Virus record (IMG/VR): IMGVR_UViG_643348545_000005
Source of the DNA: a virus
Taxonomy: Duplodnaviria; Heunggongvirae; Uroviricota; Caudoviricetes
DNA length: 40,336 nucleotides
Strand: one strand, 5' to 3'
Shown: positions 10,092 through 19,512 of the stretch, piece after piece
Numbering within the stretch: the first letter of the stretch is position 1
How the letters are laid out: each line of letters starts with the position of its first letter
Translations under genes and position numbers: made by a program
The notes under the pieces: model-generated
The model's input: only the letters and a program-made list of their open reading frames with translations
Database searches by the model: none
Told to the model about the DNA's origin: nothing

Positions 10092-11432
10092 TCAGGCAAT
10101 GCGCTCAAATATTCCGATTCCTGCGCCTGCATAAATGTCAGCGCAGGCCCGCCACGTGCCCGGTGGCCTGCGGTTTGTGTTCCAGTTTTGCATGGATTCA
10201 CGGGGGCCGAAGTTGCCTTCGGAATGAGTCAGGCTTATCAGTCTGAGTTTACTGCCCGGGCGGGTGTTTCCGGCCGTTATATCAATTTTGGCTGGCCACT
10301 CCCCTTCGGCATCCGTTGCCGCCAGAATAAAGCTGCCCACATCCCAGAGTGTCCGCTGTGTTTTTGCCTGTGCAGCCTCCAGTGCTTGCCGTGCTTTCTG
10401 CCCGGCGTTTTCTGCTGCCGTCATGGCCGTCTTCACAGCTTTTGGTGTGGCAGCCAGCACTTCACTGTCACTGTCCGTTGCGCTGCTTAGCTGAACAATA
10501 CCTCGCTCTGTCAGGGAGGCATCGCCGGTCTGCGTGATGGGGAGTATGGCAACCTCCTTCCATTCAGACCACGGCCCGTTGCCGGTGAAGTTACCTGTCA
10601 CTGTCCGGATAAATTTCCGTGGTGGATTCCAGGCGGTGTATTCCTGCTGGCAGAATCCCCATGCGCCCATCCTGATGGATAATGATCCGGCTGATGTTAC
10701 CGGGTAGTGATGTGCTGTAGTGGCGCCGTTGTTGTTGGGCTGATAGTAGTCACCATGATGTTCAGGTCTCCCCAGTGTATTCAGATCCACGGCGAGGGGG
10801 GCTGTTGGTCTTGTTACTGTCAGCGCCTTAAGTGCTTTTATTGCTTTGGGTGTGGCTGCCCGGGTTTCATCATCACTGTCGGTTTCACTACTGAGCTGAG
10901 TAAATCCTTTACTGGTGGTTGTGGCATCCGGGTGTTTACCGTTTTGTTCATGCTGCTTTATCATTTCTGCCACGCCAGCCTGTGTTGCCATGGTGGTTGA
11001 TGAGTCGGCTGTCAGATTTACAGAGGCTTCGTTGCTCAGCAGAATCACCATGCGGAATACCTGTTCTCTGCCTGAGCCCTCATCAAGCTGCGGTTTGTAA
11101 CCTTCCGCAACATTACCCACGGCGATGAGTGTGCCTTTGCTGTCAAACAGACCGATTTCGCGGATCCAGAATCCTCCTTCATTCGCAGGAATGATCACTT
11201 CGGCGGTTAAAAAACTGGTGTTTTCCGCGTCACGGCTGACCCTGCTGACCTCGCCCCGCCAGACCTCTTTAACGAGAGCGGTTTGCGTGGCCAGTGGTTC
11301 TGTGGGTTTACCGTTACCGTCTCCGACGGCGATATGTGTCAGCGTGATCTTTTCTCCATCCGGTAACACCGCAGCTGCGAGGGCTGCTGTGCCGGCATTT
11401 GTGATAATGGTTTTGTATTTTGCGGCCATCAT
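10092..11432 (-). CDS. H: Tail fibre protein
   Basis: N-terminus ...KTIITNAG...KITLTHIAVGDGNG...EVWRGEV...GGFWIREIGL matches the conserved P2 gpH N-terminal domain. Confidence 0.85.
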   Translation of the reverse strand: MMAAKYKTIITNAGTAALAAAVLPDGEKITLTHIAVGDGNGKPTEPLATQTALVKEVWRGEVSRVSRDAENTSFLTAEVIIPANEGGFWIREIGLFDSKGTLIAVGNVAEGYKPQLDEGSGREQVFRMVILLSNEASVNLTADSSTTMATQAGVAEMIKQHEQNGKHPDATTTSKGFTQLSSETDSDDETRAATPKAIKALKALTVTRPTAPLAVDLNTLGRPEHHGDYYQPNNNGATTAHHYPVTSAGSLSIRMGAWGFCQQEYTAWNPPRKFIRTVTGNFTGNGPWSEWKEVAILPITQTGDASLTERGIVQLSSATDSDSEVLAATPKAVKTAMTAAENAGQKARQALEAAQAKTQRTLWDVGSFILAATDAEGEWPAKIDITAGNTRPGSKLRLISLTHSEGNFGPRESMQNWNTNRRPPGTWRACADIYAGAGIGIFERIA

Positions 11433-12064
11433 TACTCCTTGTCCGGTCTGATGGTTACTGTGATGCCTTCATAGGTGACTCCACCCGGGTGGATGTCACC
11501 ACTGACTGACAGCGGGCTTGTCACTTCTGCTGCCGGATATACCACGATGGTTTCCCCGGTCAGCGTGGCCCCGGTTATGCGGGATACACCCCGTGCAACG
11601 TAGGTCATTTTCATGGCGGCAAGGTGTCGGCTTACCGGGCGAACGGTGGTAATCATTCGCTCCATCTCCTGCCGGGTTTCCTCTGTCAGTCCGCGCTCCG
11701 ATATGTCAATATCCAGCCTGAATGACCCCGGCGGATCGTTGTTCTCCCACCATTCTGTAATACTCAGTATCGCGCCGAAGGGCTCCACAGCCCGACGCAT
11801 GGCGCTGATGGTGCCTTTGTGGCGGTGAATATGCCACGAGTCACGGATGATCTGACGACGTGCCTCTTCACTCCATGTTTCATCCCAGCGGTCAACGGAA
11901 AGCGCCCAGGCAAGCCATGGCAGCAGATGGGCTGGGCAGGTGTCGGGGTTCCAGAGGGTGTTGATATGGTTCGGCAGCTCTGACAGGCGCTGAGCGCCCT
12001 GTTCCGAATGATGCAGGAAGGAGGGCGATGATGGCGGCAGCAGTCGGTTATTCATCGGTGCCAC
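11432..12064 (-). CDS. I: Baseplate / tail protein I
   Basis: Position and similarity to P2 gpI (LLPWLAWALSVD...W motifs). Confidence 0.8.
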   Translation of the reverse strand: MAPMNNRLLPPSSPSFLHHSEQGAQRLSELPNHINTLWNPDTCPAHLLPWLAWALSVDRWDETWSEEARRQIIRDSWHIHRHKGTISAMRRAVEPFGAILSITEWWENNDPPGSFRLDIDISERGLTEETRQEMERMITTVRPVSRHLAAMKMTYVARGVSRITGATLTGETIVVYPAAEVTSPLSVSGDIHPGGVTYEGITVTIRPDKE

Positions 12065-12944
12065 CTGCAGAGATGTTCCGGGATGTGCAGCGGGCTGACT
12101 GGGTGTTACTGATCACCACATTCTGCGCTGGTTTCTTCAGCTCGACTCGCTGAACGCCCGGTACGTGTAGCGTTGCCATAATGGCAGAGCGGGCCACATC
12201 ACGCCCTATGGCATTCTGAGTCTTCAGCCATGTGTCAAGTGCATCTCTGGCGGCGGCAAGAATGGGTTCAGATTCCGGGCCAGGATAAAAATAGAGTACG
12301 GCCTCAATATCGTAACTGACGATGGTCGCACTCTGTACCGTGAGTCTGTCGGCCAGGGGGCGCACAGTTTCACCATTGAGAGCCCGGCTGACGGTCGCGA
12401 TTAATTCCGGTGACGCTGTGCCGTCTCCTTCCGTTGAGAGAATGGAGACAATGACCGTCGCAGGTGACGGACTGGTTGCCCGTGCATCGGCAACAAGACC
12501 GCTGGCACTGCGGGCAAAATATTCATATGCAGCAGAGGGGCCGGCGACGCTGAAACCTTCAAATCCGGATTGTGCCCGCAGACGGAACGCGCTGTCGCTC
12601 TCCATGATGGCAGCTTCTGTATCAGTAGCAGGTTTCAGTTCAAGGCGTTTCGCATTCACGATAGCGGCGAGATTATCCAGGTCTGTGGATACGGCATGGC
12701 TGAGCATGCACCCCGCCGCTGCATCGTTGATCCGCTGACGGAGCAGCATTTCGCGAAAGGCGATGGCCTGAGCAATGATGTTGAGTGGCTCTGATTCCAG
12801 CGCAATGGCTGTGCTGACGGCACTGCGCATGTTCTCAGGGAAGGCATCAATCATAAAGGCCTTCACGTCTTTCAGTATGCTCTCATAATCCAGTGATTCA
12901 ATGATCTGCGGACGTGGTAACTGAGACAGGTCAATTGTCGGCAT
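12048..12944 (-). CDS. J: Baseplate assembly protein J
   Basis: Similarity to P2 gpJ; overlaps the neighbouring genes as in the P2 operon. Confidence 0.85.
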   Translation of the reverse strand: MPTIDLSQLPRPQIIESLDYESILKDVKAFMIDAFPENMRSAVSTAIALESEPLNIIAQAIAFREMLLRQRINDAAAGCMLSHAVSTDLDNLAAIVNAKRLELKPATDTEAAIMESDSAFRLRAQSGFEGFSVAGPSAAYEYFARSASGLVADARATSPSPATVIVSILSTEGDGTASPELIATVSRALNGETVRPLADRLTVQSATIVSYDIEAVLYFYPGPESEPILAAARDALDTWLKTQNAIGRDVARSAIMATLHVPGVQRVELKKPAQNVVISNTQSARCTSRNISAGGTDE

Positions 12945-13296
12945 TACTCCCCCTCAGCGGAATGCTCATCTGTACGGGCTGCATTGTGCGGGTGAGCACG
13001 CCTGAGATGGCCAGCAGAGCGCGTCCGTCAGGCAGCCAGGTGATATCCACCCGGTTAATGGCGATCCGGGGCTCCCACTGTGCGAGCGCCATAACCACCG
13101 CGCTCATGCACTGCAGACGTGTCACGTCGTTTTGTGGCGCATCGAGCAGTTCAGGCAACAGGCTGCCATACTCTCTTCGCATGATGCGACTGCCGCGCGG
13201 GGTGGTCAGAATATTGTTTACAGAGTGGCGGAGGTGTTCTGTGTCACTGATGCATCCGCTACCATGCGGGTTCATGCCTGTGCATACCGGTGTCAT
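12931..13296 (-). CDS. W: Baseplate protein W (gp25-like)
   Basis: Similarity to P2 gpW (DTEHLRHSV..ILTTP.GSR.MRREYGS). Confidence 0.85.
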   Translation of the reverse strand: MTPVCTGMNPHGSGCISDTEHLRHSVNNILTTPRGSRIMRREYGSLLPELLDAPQNDVTRLQCMSAVVMALAQWEPRIAINRVDITWLPDGRALLAISGVLTRTMQPVQMSIPLRGSNADN

Positions 13297-13889
13297 TTCG
13301 GCCCCCCTGTCATGCTTCCGCCGGACTGAACACCGTTATGAACGTGCGTATGCACGGTAACACCATTTGAGCGTAAGTTTCCGTTACTGTGTGTGATATC
13401 CCCTTTCATGGTGCCACCGTCAGTCAGTTCAAACGTCCTGGCCTTCAGATGTTTTGTGCACTCTACGGCCGGTGTGTCCAGGGTAATACGTGTTTCCGCA
13501 GAGATCTCTGCGGTTTTGATTCCTTTCACCGTCAGCGCGCCTTTTTCTGCGTCATAGCGTATCTCGGCACCGTCAGGTGCAAGGAGTATCACTTCATTCT
13601 GTTTTGTGCCGGGCGCCGGGTGTTCTTCGCTGTAGAGACTGCCAGCCACAACGGCCATTTCAGGACTGCCGCCCGGGCAGAGCAACAGCACCTGTTCACC
13701 GGGGGAGGGGGGCAGCCAGATTTTAAACGCCCCGGCGCGTGTGCAGTTCCAGCGGAGCCAGTCCGTTGTCAGTCCGCCGCTGGTAGCGCGAATGCGCCAG
13801 TTTTTCAGATCCACCTCCGAAACGACGCCGGTGCGGACCATGTTTTCCAGCAGTCGCATGATTTCAGCATTCAACGGGTGTTTCTCCAC
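13293..13889 (-). CDS. V: Baseplate spike / assembly protein V
   Basis: Similarity to P2 gpV (TGG..TDWL.W...AG, SPGEQVL). Confidence 0.85.
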   Translation of the reverse strand: MEKHPLNAEIMRLLENMVRTGVVSEVDLKNWRIRATSGGLTTDWLRWNCTRAGAFKIWLPPSPGEQVLLLCPGGSPEMAVVAGSLYSEEHPAPGTKQNEVILLAPDGAEIRYDAEKGALTVKGIKTAEISAETRITLDTPAVECTKHLKARTFELTDGGTMKGDITHSNGNLRSNGVTVHTHVHNGVQSGGSMTGGPK

Positions 13890-14515
13890 AGGTTGTTGAT
13901 AATGATTTCCGTCACTTTCTGTCTGTCGGCTTCACTGAATCCCAGCAGTTCGCGTTGCGGATAGCGGACGGCATTACCGGCAGAGACCAGTGACACTTCG
14001 CCGAACTGATGAACGCGGGCAATGCGGGCTGCGCGGCCTTCAAATCCCACGCTGACGCCGCCGGGATCGGTTTTTACCTTCAGAAAGCGGTTTGTCCGAA
14101 GCTGCTCAAACATGGGTGGACGCTTAATGGCGCTCTGCGTTCGCCTGCGGGTGTCAATTTCCAGGTATTCTTCAATATCGGCTTTGTGGAACGAGCGTAT
14201 TCCCCGGCGCTCCGTGTCGTAACCGGTGATCATGGGGCCGTACCGGCCGGTTGTTGTCCGCCAGTTTTTCAGTCGTCTCACCTGAGTGCCGTTCCAGATG
14301 AACACCACACCTGCCTGGACACGGAATACACGTTTTTTACGGGCGGGCCACCGGTTACCGTCCGGTGATTGTTGCGAACGTATACGCTTTTGTTGCGCGG
14401 CGCGGACAGCCTGACCGACAGCACGGGCTGTTTTGTTTATACCGGCAGCGGACAAACCACTGAGGATCTCCTGAAAGAGACCGTCCAGTCTGTGCAGGTC
14501 ATCCGGAGCCATCAT
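13871..14515 (-). CDS. S: Phage virion morphogenesis / tail completion protein S family
   Basis: Position between R and V; start set at the ATGATG at 14515 just after the R stop; the track ORF extends upstream. Confidence 0.6.
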   Translation of the reverse strand: MMAPDDLHRLDGLFQEILSGLSAAGINKTARAVGQAVRAAQQKRIRSQQSPDGNRWPARKKRVFRVQAGVVFIWNGTQVRRLKNWRTTTGRYGPMITGYDTERRGIRSFHKADIEEYLEIDTRRRTQSAIKRPPMFEQLRTNRFLKVKTDPGGVSVGFEGRAARIARVHQFGEVSLVSAGNAVRYPQRELLGFSEADRQKVTEIIINNLWRNTR

Positions 14516-14966
14516 TCTGACCCCATGTGACATCTTCGAGGGTGACGCGCCATGCTTCCAGGGCCCGGCTGACAGGCGGCTCTCCGATGTGTTCTGCGTG
14601 AACAGTGCCATCATCATTACGGCGGATAATCACCCGCTCCCATACCGGGATTTCCAGCAGGATATCGGTGCTGTCGTCGTCATTGATGGCAACAGAAAAT
14701 TTGATATCCCTGTTTTTCTCCGGATTAAGCAGGAGATCAGGCTGATTGCGGTACAGCCAGCGCATCAGCGGCACCATCAGTTCATCGAGATCCTGCGTGA
14801 AGTCCATGACAAAGATCCCAAGCGTGTAACGGTAAAGATATGAGGGGGATTCGCCGGTCGTCTCAATGCCTCCGTTATTCACATACACAGTGAATTTCTC
14901 CGGGTTGGCGCGACACCATGGGCAGGCGTCAGTCATGGCGTCGCGCAGGGTGTTAATTTTCAGCAT
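14499..14966 (-). CDS. R: Tail completion protein R
   Basis: Similarity to P2 gpR; conserved position upstream of S. Confidence 0.8.
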   Translation of the reverse strand: MLKINTLRDAMTDACPWCRANPEKFTVYVNNGGIETTGESPSYLYRYTLGIFVMDFTQDLDELMVPLMRWLYRNQPDLLLNPEKNRDIKFSVAINDDDSTDILLEIPVWERVIIRRNDDGTVHAEHIGEPPVSRALEAWRVTLEDVTWGQNDGSG

Positions 14967-14981
14967 GCCCCCTCCTGTGTG

Positions 14982-15155
14982 TTATGGCATGTTCTGGTTG
15001 TTCTGTTGTGCAGACTTCTGACTGATTTTTTCAGCGGCGCGCTCGTCAATTTTTCGCTGAAAATAATTTCTGATAACACTGTAACCGCCGCTGATCAGAT
15101 ACAGCGCGCAGACGGCAGTACAGAAATACAGCATGATCTGATGAATGAATAACAT
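14982..15155 (-). CDS. Small hydrophobic protein (about 57 aa), function unknown
   Basis: ORF with a GAGGTG RBS and one predicted TM helix (MLFIHQIMLYFCTAVCALYLISGG), between the esterase gene and R. Confidence 0.3.
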   Translation of the reverse strand: MLFIHQIMLYFCTAVCALYLISGGYSVIRNYFQRKIDERAAEKISQKSAQQNNQNMP

Positions 15156-15301
15156 AATCACCTCACACAAATGATTGACATAACGATGTCTGGCGTTTTA
15201 AAAAAAATGAATAACAATAATAAACACTCTCCATAATTCCTCTTGCGCTCCCGTCAGGTATCTTTTCCTCTCAGTCTTGCCTGCCGGGAGCCTCTTTTTT
15301 C

Positions 15302-17347
15302 TTATGCGGCGTTGCTGTTATTGATATCCACCGTCACATACTCAATCAGCACGGGGTAGGTGTCCTGGTTACTGGTGATATCCGTGATCAGCAGTTTGTC
15401 GTTATCCAGTCCTGCCGCCGGGCATTTCGCCAGATTAAAGGCCGCCTGGGTCTGACCGTTGATGACCGGTGTCACGCTGATGCTGTTATTTCCGGCAAAC
15501 CGGAACACCACGTTGTGCCAGTTATGATTAAATGCCCCGAAGGTTCCCAGTTTTGCATTCTGTTGTTTGTGCTGCATCAGATTCAGGTTTGCGCTGTCGC
15601 TCTGGATGAAGAAGGCGGCCAGCATATCGTTTCCTGCGCTGCCTTCCAGAACAACGTTTTCAGGTAGCTGAGAAACCGGCCAGTGCAGAGCCATGGCGAA
15701 GCGGTTTTCTGCCAGCTGAACACCTTCCGGGATTTTGAAACGAAAGGCAATTTCCCCGCCTTTCTGAAGTAATTCAGCTGCTTTACTTGCAGGCACATCG
15801 TGGGCGATTTTCCAGGCTGTTTGTTGCCCCTGGACTTTTTCCACTCGCATGGCTTTACCGCTCTCAGCAGCAGAGTCATTTACGACGGAGGCTTTTCCAT
15901 CTGCCCCTGTCCAGCCCTGTTCTTTCAGTTTCCCTTCCTGTGCGTCTGCGCGATAAGCGACGGCCGTTGTTCTTGCCGGTGATGACTGCGTACCTGCGCC
16001 CGGCTGAGGTGCAGGTGTGGAGGGCTGCGGGCTTTCCGTGGTGGTGCTGTCTGAACCGGCCGTGGCGGGAGGTATTGCGAGCACGCTGAACGGTGCGGGT
16101 GCACCTTTCAGGAAGGCGACGGTCTTCCCGGCATGCATCAGGATCGCCGTTGCCAGGCGGTCAGAAATAATGCCGCGGCGGGCCCATGAACTGAAATGCG
16201 TGGCGCGATCTGAAGAGGTCCAGTTTCCGTTACTACGGGATGCAGCACCGTAATAACCGGCTTCTGCCAGGTCAGGATCTTCGGCAGGCAGGTTTGTTGG
16301 CGTGTTAGCACCTTTCTCATCGGTCATCAGGGGCACAAAATAAATTTTTTGCGCTTCTTTGTTCTGATATGCACCGTAAACCACCGGGTACTGAGAGGTA
16401 TATTGTTGTTTCCAGATATAGGTGGTATCGCCGCAAATCCAGGGAACAAGTGATGCGTTGCCTCCGGTGCACTGTGCAGCATATGCGCTGAGATCTGCGC
16501 GGAACTGATTCACCATGTTCAGGAATAATTGCGGGTACTGTGCGTATGTTGCTGATTTCAGATCAAACTCTCCCAGCATCCAGACCACGGATAACAGGAC
16601 GTTTTTGGGGTTTTTATCCAGCGCGGCTTTTGTACGGGTAAGCAGATCGTTATACAGCGGTTTGCCGACGCCCCACAGGGATGATTCGGCCGTTGCTCCT
16701 GAAGATTCACTGAATGCCCCCTCTGCGCCGGAAGTAAACGCTGACCCTCCACGACAGCAAGGTACCAGGAGGATCCCTGCATTTTTCGGGATAAACGCCA
16801 GTAATTTTTTGGCAATATGTAAACCCTGTCCGACGCAGCCATACTGACCTTTTGACAGATCGGCGTTCGGATGATTAAGGCTGCTCATATCCTGTACATC
16901 ATGGAGACAGTGATCTGCCGGAATAATATCGTTATAGGTACATGCAGCGCCGCCCGGTGTCACCGTACTGCGACGCGCTAACTGTTTAATTCGTGGATCA
17001 GGACTGTCGAATGTATCCGGTAATGGCAGCCCCTCACCGTATGCCATGCCATTGGACTGACCAGCCAGTGGCACCACATAATAAAACTCTGGCTCAGTTG
17101 TGTGTCCAGTGTTGTATCCGTCGGTAGTGCCCGGTACGGGTTTTTCCTCGCCTTCTGGTACCGGAATGGCTGATGGCAGGTCTCTGTCAGTGACCAGTGC
17201 CTGCATCAGGTAAAATGGTGCTCCCGGCTCTGATGCTGAGACAGGTCCCCCAAGAAGTCCCCATCCTTCCCTGAGCATGGGCGCAAGTTTTTCGGCAAGT
17301 TCCTTGTTCGTCATTGCCGTCACAAGCTGATAATGTTTCGGTACCAT
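15302..17347 (-). CDS. NanS-p-like putative sialate O-acetylesterase (N-terminal DUF1737-like region, SGNH/GQSN esterase domain, Ser/Thr/Pro linker, C-terminal lectin-like domain)
   Basis: GQSN block (VVPLAGQSNGMAYGEG) and domain order resemble prophage NanS-p/YjhS esterases. Start moved to the ATG at 17347, which has a GGAG RBS. Confidence 0.55.
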   Translation of the reverse strand: MVPKHYQLVTAMTNKELAEKLAPMLREGWGLLGGPVSASEPGAPFYLMQALVTDRDLPSAIPVPEGEEKPVPGTTDGYNTGHTTEPEFYYVVPLAGQSNGMAYGEGLPLPDTFDSPDPRIKQLARRSTVTPGGAACTYNDIIPADHCLHDVQDMSSLNHPNADLSKGQYGCVGQGLHIAKKLLAFIPKNAGILLVPCCRGGSAFTSGAEGAFSESSGATAESSLWGVGKPLYNDLLTRTKAALDKNPKNVLLSVVWMLGEFDLKSATYAQYPQLFLNMVNQFRADLSAYAAQCTGGNASLVPWICGDTTYIWKQQYTSQYPVVYGAYQNKEAQKIYFVPLMTDEKGANTPTNLPAEDPDLAEAGYYGAASRSNGNWTSSDRATHFSSWARRGIISDRLATAILMHAGKTVAFLKGAPAPFSVLAIPPATAGSDSTTTESPQPSTPAPQPGAGTQSSPARTTAVAYRADAQEGKLKEQGWTGADGKASVVNDSAAESGKAMRVEKVQGQQTAWKIAHDVPASKAAELLQKGGEIAFRFKIPEGVQLAENRFAMALHWPVSQLPENVVLEGSAGNDMLAAFFIQSDSANLNLMQHKQQNAKLGTFGAFNHNWHNVVFRFAGNNSISVTPVINGQTQAAFNLAKCPAAGLDNDKLLITDITSNQDTYPVLIEYVTVDINNSNAA

Positions 17348-17357
17348 AGTGACTCCG

Positions 17358-17633
17358 TTATTTTTCATGAGTGTTCATTCGTGCTGTCCGCTGCCGCTCC
17401 AGCCCGGCAATGGCGGCTTTATCGGCATTACAACTGTCCAGGGCATCTACCAGTCGGTCTCCCCAGTCAGCCACATCAGCCCATATCATGTGTTGCGGCA
17501 GCACCGGTACCGGCGTCTGTCTGGTCAGACTTTCCGGCACGCTCCCGCAAATGACGCCGGTTTTCAGCGGCGCTGGCGTGTTGTTGCAGGCTGTCAGCAA
17601 CATCAGCAGGGGGAGAAGTGCGTGCGCACTCAT
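17358..17633 (-). CDS. lysC: o-spanin (Rz1/LysC-like outer-membrane lipoprotein)
   Basis: Signal peptide with lipobox (LLMLLTAC) when started at MSAHALL; embedded in the 3-prime part of the i-spanin gene in another frame. Confidence 0.55.
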   Translation of the reverse strand: MSAHALLPLLMLLTACNNTPAPLKTGVICGSVPESLTRQTPVPVLPQHMIWADVADWGDRLVDALDSCNADKAAIAGLERQRTARMNTHEK

Positions 17634-17901
17634 CCGCCTGTAAGTTTTTCCGCATCGTTTCACGTCGTTCTTCCCCTCTGGCTGCACGCTCCTGATCTTC
17701 GCGCCGGATAGCGGCCAGCGCTGACTGTGTCTCCGCCGTGGCCTTAAGCAACTCCCGGACGGTCGTATTGCTCTCTTTCACGGCTTTTTCCAGCGCTTCA
17801 TAACGGGTGCTCTCCTGACCTGAGCGATAGGCCCGGATGACCACCATTGCCTGCAGCGAAATGGTCAGCAGCAGCGCACAAAGGATAATGTTCAGTTTCA
17901 T
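17476..17901 (-). CDS. lysB: i-spanin (Rz/LysB-like)
   Basis: N-terminal TM helix (MKLNIILCALLLTISLQAMVV) followed by a charged coiled-coil region; ATGA overlap with the endolysin stop. Confidence 0.6.
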   Translation of the reverse strand: MKLNIILCALLLTISLQAMVVIRAYRSGQESTRYEALEKAVKESNTTVRELLKATAETQSALAAIRREDQERAARGEERRETMRKNLQADECARTSPPADVADSLQQHASAAENRRHLRERAGKSDQTDAGTGAAATHDMG

Positions 17902-18449
17902 GGCTGCGCTCCCGCGTCTTTCAGGCACCAGTTCTTAAAATCATTCCGGCGGTTAACCAGTCCCTGCGTGCGCGTTCCGCCACTGTTCACAAAATCTGTC
18001 AGCCGGTAACACATGAGGCGCCATTGCCGTGTCTGCGCGTGTTTCCAGATGGTGGTGCGTTGCGGCGTGCCGTTTTTGTTTTTAAACCACATCAGATTCC
18101 GGCAGCCCAGGTTAAAGGCGGCGTCCGTCATGGCTTCGAATGCAGACTGCGGCATCTGCTGCCCCCTGAAATTCTGTGTGATGCAGTTCTCAGCGCGGCG
18201 CATATCGTTGATCCACCGCCCGGCCACTTCCTCCTGTGTGTACAGGCGGTTTTCCACGTTACCGGTGGATCCGCATCCGACCGTACCGACCCCCACCAGA
18301 TCACGGTAGGGTCGGGCCCGGCACTCCTCCCATGTGGCAATTTTGATTTGTGCCTCGCGGGAGGTTCTCAGTTCTCCGGGAGCCAGGGAGATCCCCAGCG
18401 CCACAATGGCGGCCACGGCGTAACGCTTAGGTCCGGCCATCGTGCTCAT
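17898..18449 (-). CDS. K: SAR endolysin (lysozyme, GH24-like)
   Basis: N-terminal signal-anchor-release region (AVAAIVALGISLA) and E...D...T catalytic region (EECRARPYRDLVGVGTVGCG) as in P21 R-type lysozymes. Confidence 0.8.
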   Translation of the reverse strand: MSTMAGPKRYAVAAIVALGISLAPGELRTSREAQIKIATWEECRARPYRDLVGVGTVGCGSTGNVENRLYTQEEVAGRWINDMRRAENCITQNFRGQQMPQSAFEAMTDAAFNLGCRNLMWFKNKNGTPQRTTIWKHAQTRQWRLMCYRLTDFVNSGGTRTQGLVNRRNDFKNWCLKDAGAQP

Positions 18450-18723
18450 CCTGCTTCAGAAGCATCATTGCCCGGCGCTCTGCGTCGTTCAGCTCCCTTC
18501 CTTCTGACTGCATAAGGATTTTTTCAATCAGTTCGTTGCGCCTTGCCTGGGCGATCTCCATCCTGCGGCGGTGAAGCCAGGCACGAAGCAGTGACAGCGT
18601 TCCCAGCACAAAACCGGCCACGGCAATTTTTTCGCTCAGCGTCATCACGCCGATACCGGCTGTCGTCACTGACGCCCAGAACGTGATGTGATCACAAAGC
18701 CGCTGAAACATTCTCACCCCCAC
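18427..18723 (-). CDS. Y: Holin
   Basis: Small protein with predicted TM helices immediately upstream of the endolysin gene. Confidence 0.6.
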   Translation of the reverse strand: MGVRMFQRLCDHITFWASVTTAGIGVMTLSEKIAVAGFVLGTLSLLRAWLHRRRMEIAQARRNELIEKILMQSEGRELNDAERRAMMLLKQDEHDGRT

Positions 18724-18914
18724 AACTGGATCATTTCACGCCGGGTCTGCCCCTGCAGCTCCGGCAGCTCCACTTCCTGTCCGGCATGCAGAAACATGAC
18801 GGCTGAAATCCCCGGATTGGCGGCCAGTACCGCCTCAGTCACCCCCTGCGTGGTGCCGTAATGGCGCTGACAGAGTAAATCGACGGTGTCACCGTCCAGA
18901 GCCATTACTTTCAT
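18714..18914 (-). CDS. X: Tail protein X
   Basis: MKVMALDGDTVDLLCQRHYG...VLAANPG matches P2 gpX; start at MKVM overlaps the L stop. Confidence 0.7.
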   Translation of the reverse strand: MKVMALDGDTVDLLCQRHYGTTQGVTEAVLAANPGISAVMFLHAGQEVELPELQGQTRREMIQLWG

Positions 18915-19408
18915 CAGACCAGCTCCGCATAAATGCGGGTGACACCGCGTATGTCTGATATTGCCCAGCGGGCATCCCGCCACAAATCCTCAACCTGCAT
19001 GTCCAGCGCGTCAGCCCTGCGGTCGCCTTTATCGGTGGTATCCACATCCCGGGTGCGCTCCAGTACAAACGCGCGGGTGAGTGCGAAAACGGCCCTGCGG
19101 TAGCGGTGGACGTGTACACTCTCTCCGTTCACCTGCGTGGCCGGAACGTCAGCCAGTGAGGCCGCGCCTTCAGCCATCCGCTCACGTTTCCAGAGCTCCA
19201 GTTCGGCGATCACATGGGCGACCGCTTCCGTTGCTGCATGTAACAGACGGGTTGTTGTTGTCCTCCCCGGAATGCGGGAAGCCAGGCGAATTTCATGCAG
19301 TGAGATCGCCGGCCAGAAGTCACCCGCGCTCACCATGGCGTCGCCGTCATCGGTGTCGGTGGTATCTGTGTCAGCGCTGTTCACGCGGGGTCTGGCTATC
19401 AGACTCAT
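18914..19408 (-). CDS. L: Head completion / stabilisation protein L
   Basis: Position downstream of M and similarity to P2 gpL. Confidence 0.8.
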   Translation of the reverse strand: MSLIARPRVNSADTDTTDTDDGDAMVSAGDFWPAISLHEIRLASRIPGRTTTTRLLHAATEAVAHVIAELELWKRERMAEGAASLADVPATQVNGESVHVHRYRRAVFALTRAFVLERTRDVDTTDKGDRRADALDMQVEDLWRDARWAISDIRGVTRIYAELV

Positions 19409-19512
19409 GCCTGTCTCCGTAAAAATCAGGCGGTGGGCAACCGGTAAAAAGAACGCGAAGCCTGTTCAGATCACCGGTTGCGCCGCCTGCCGACGAGGTG
19501 CGGTTCGTTAAA

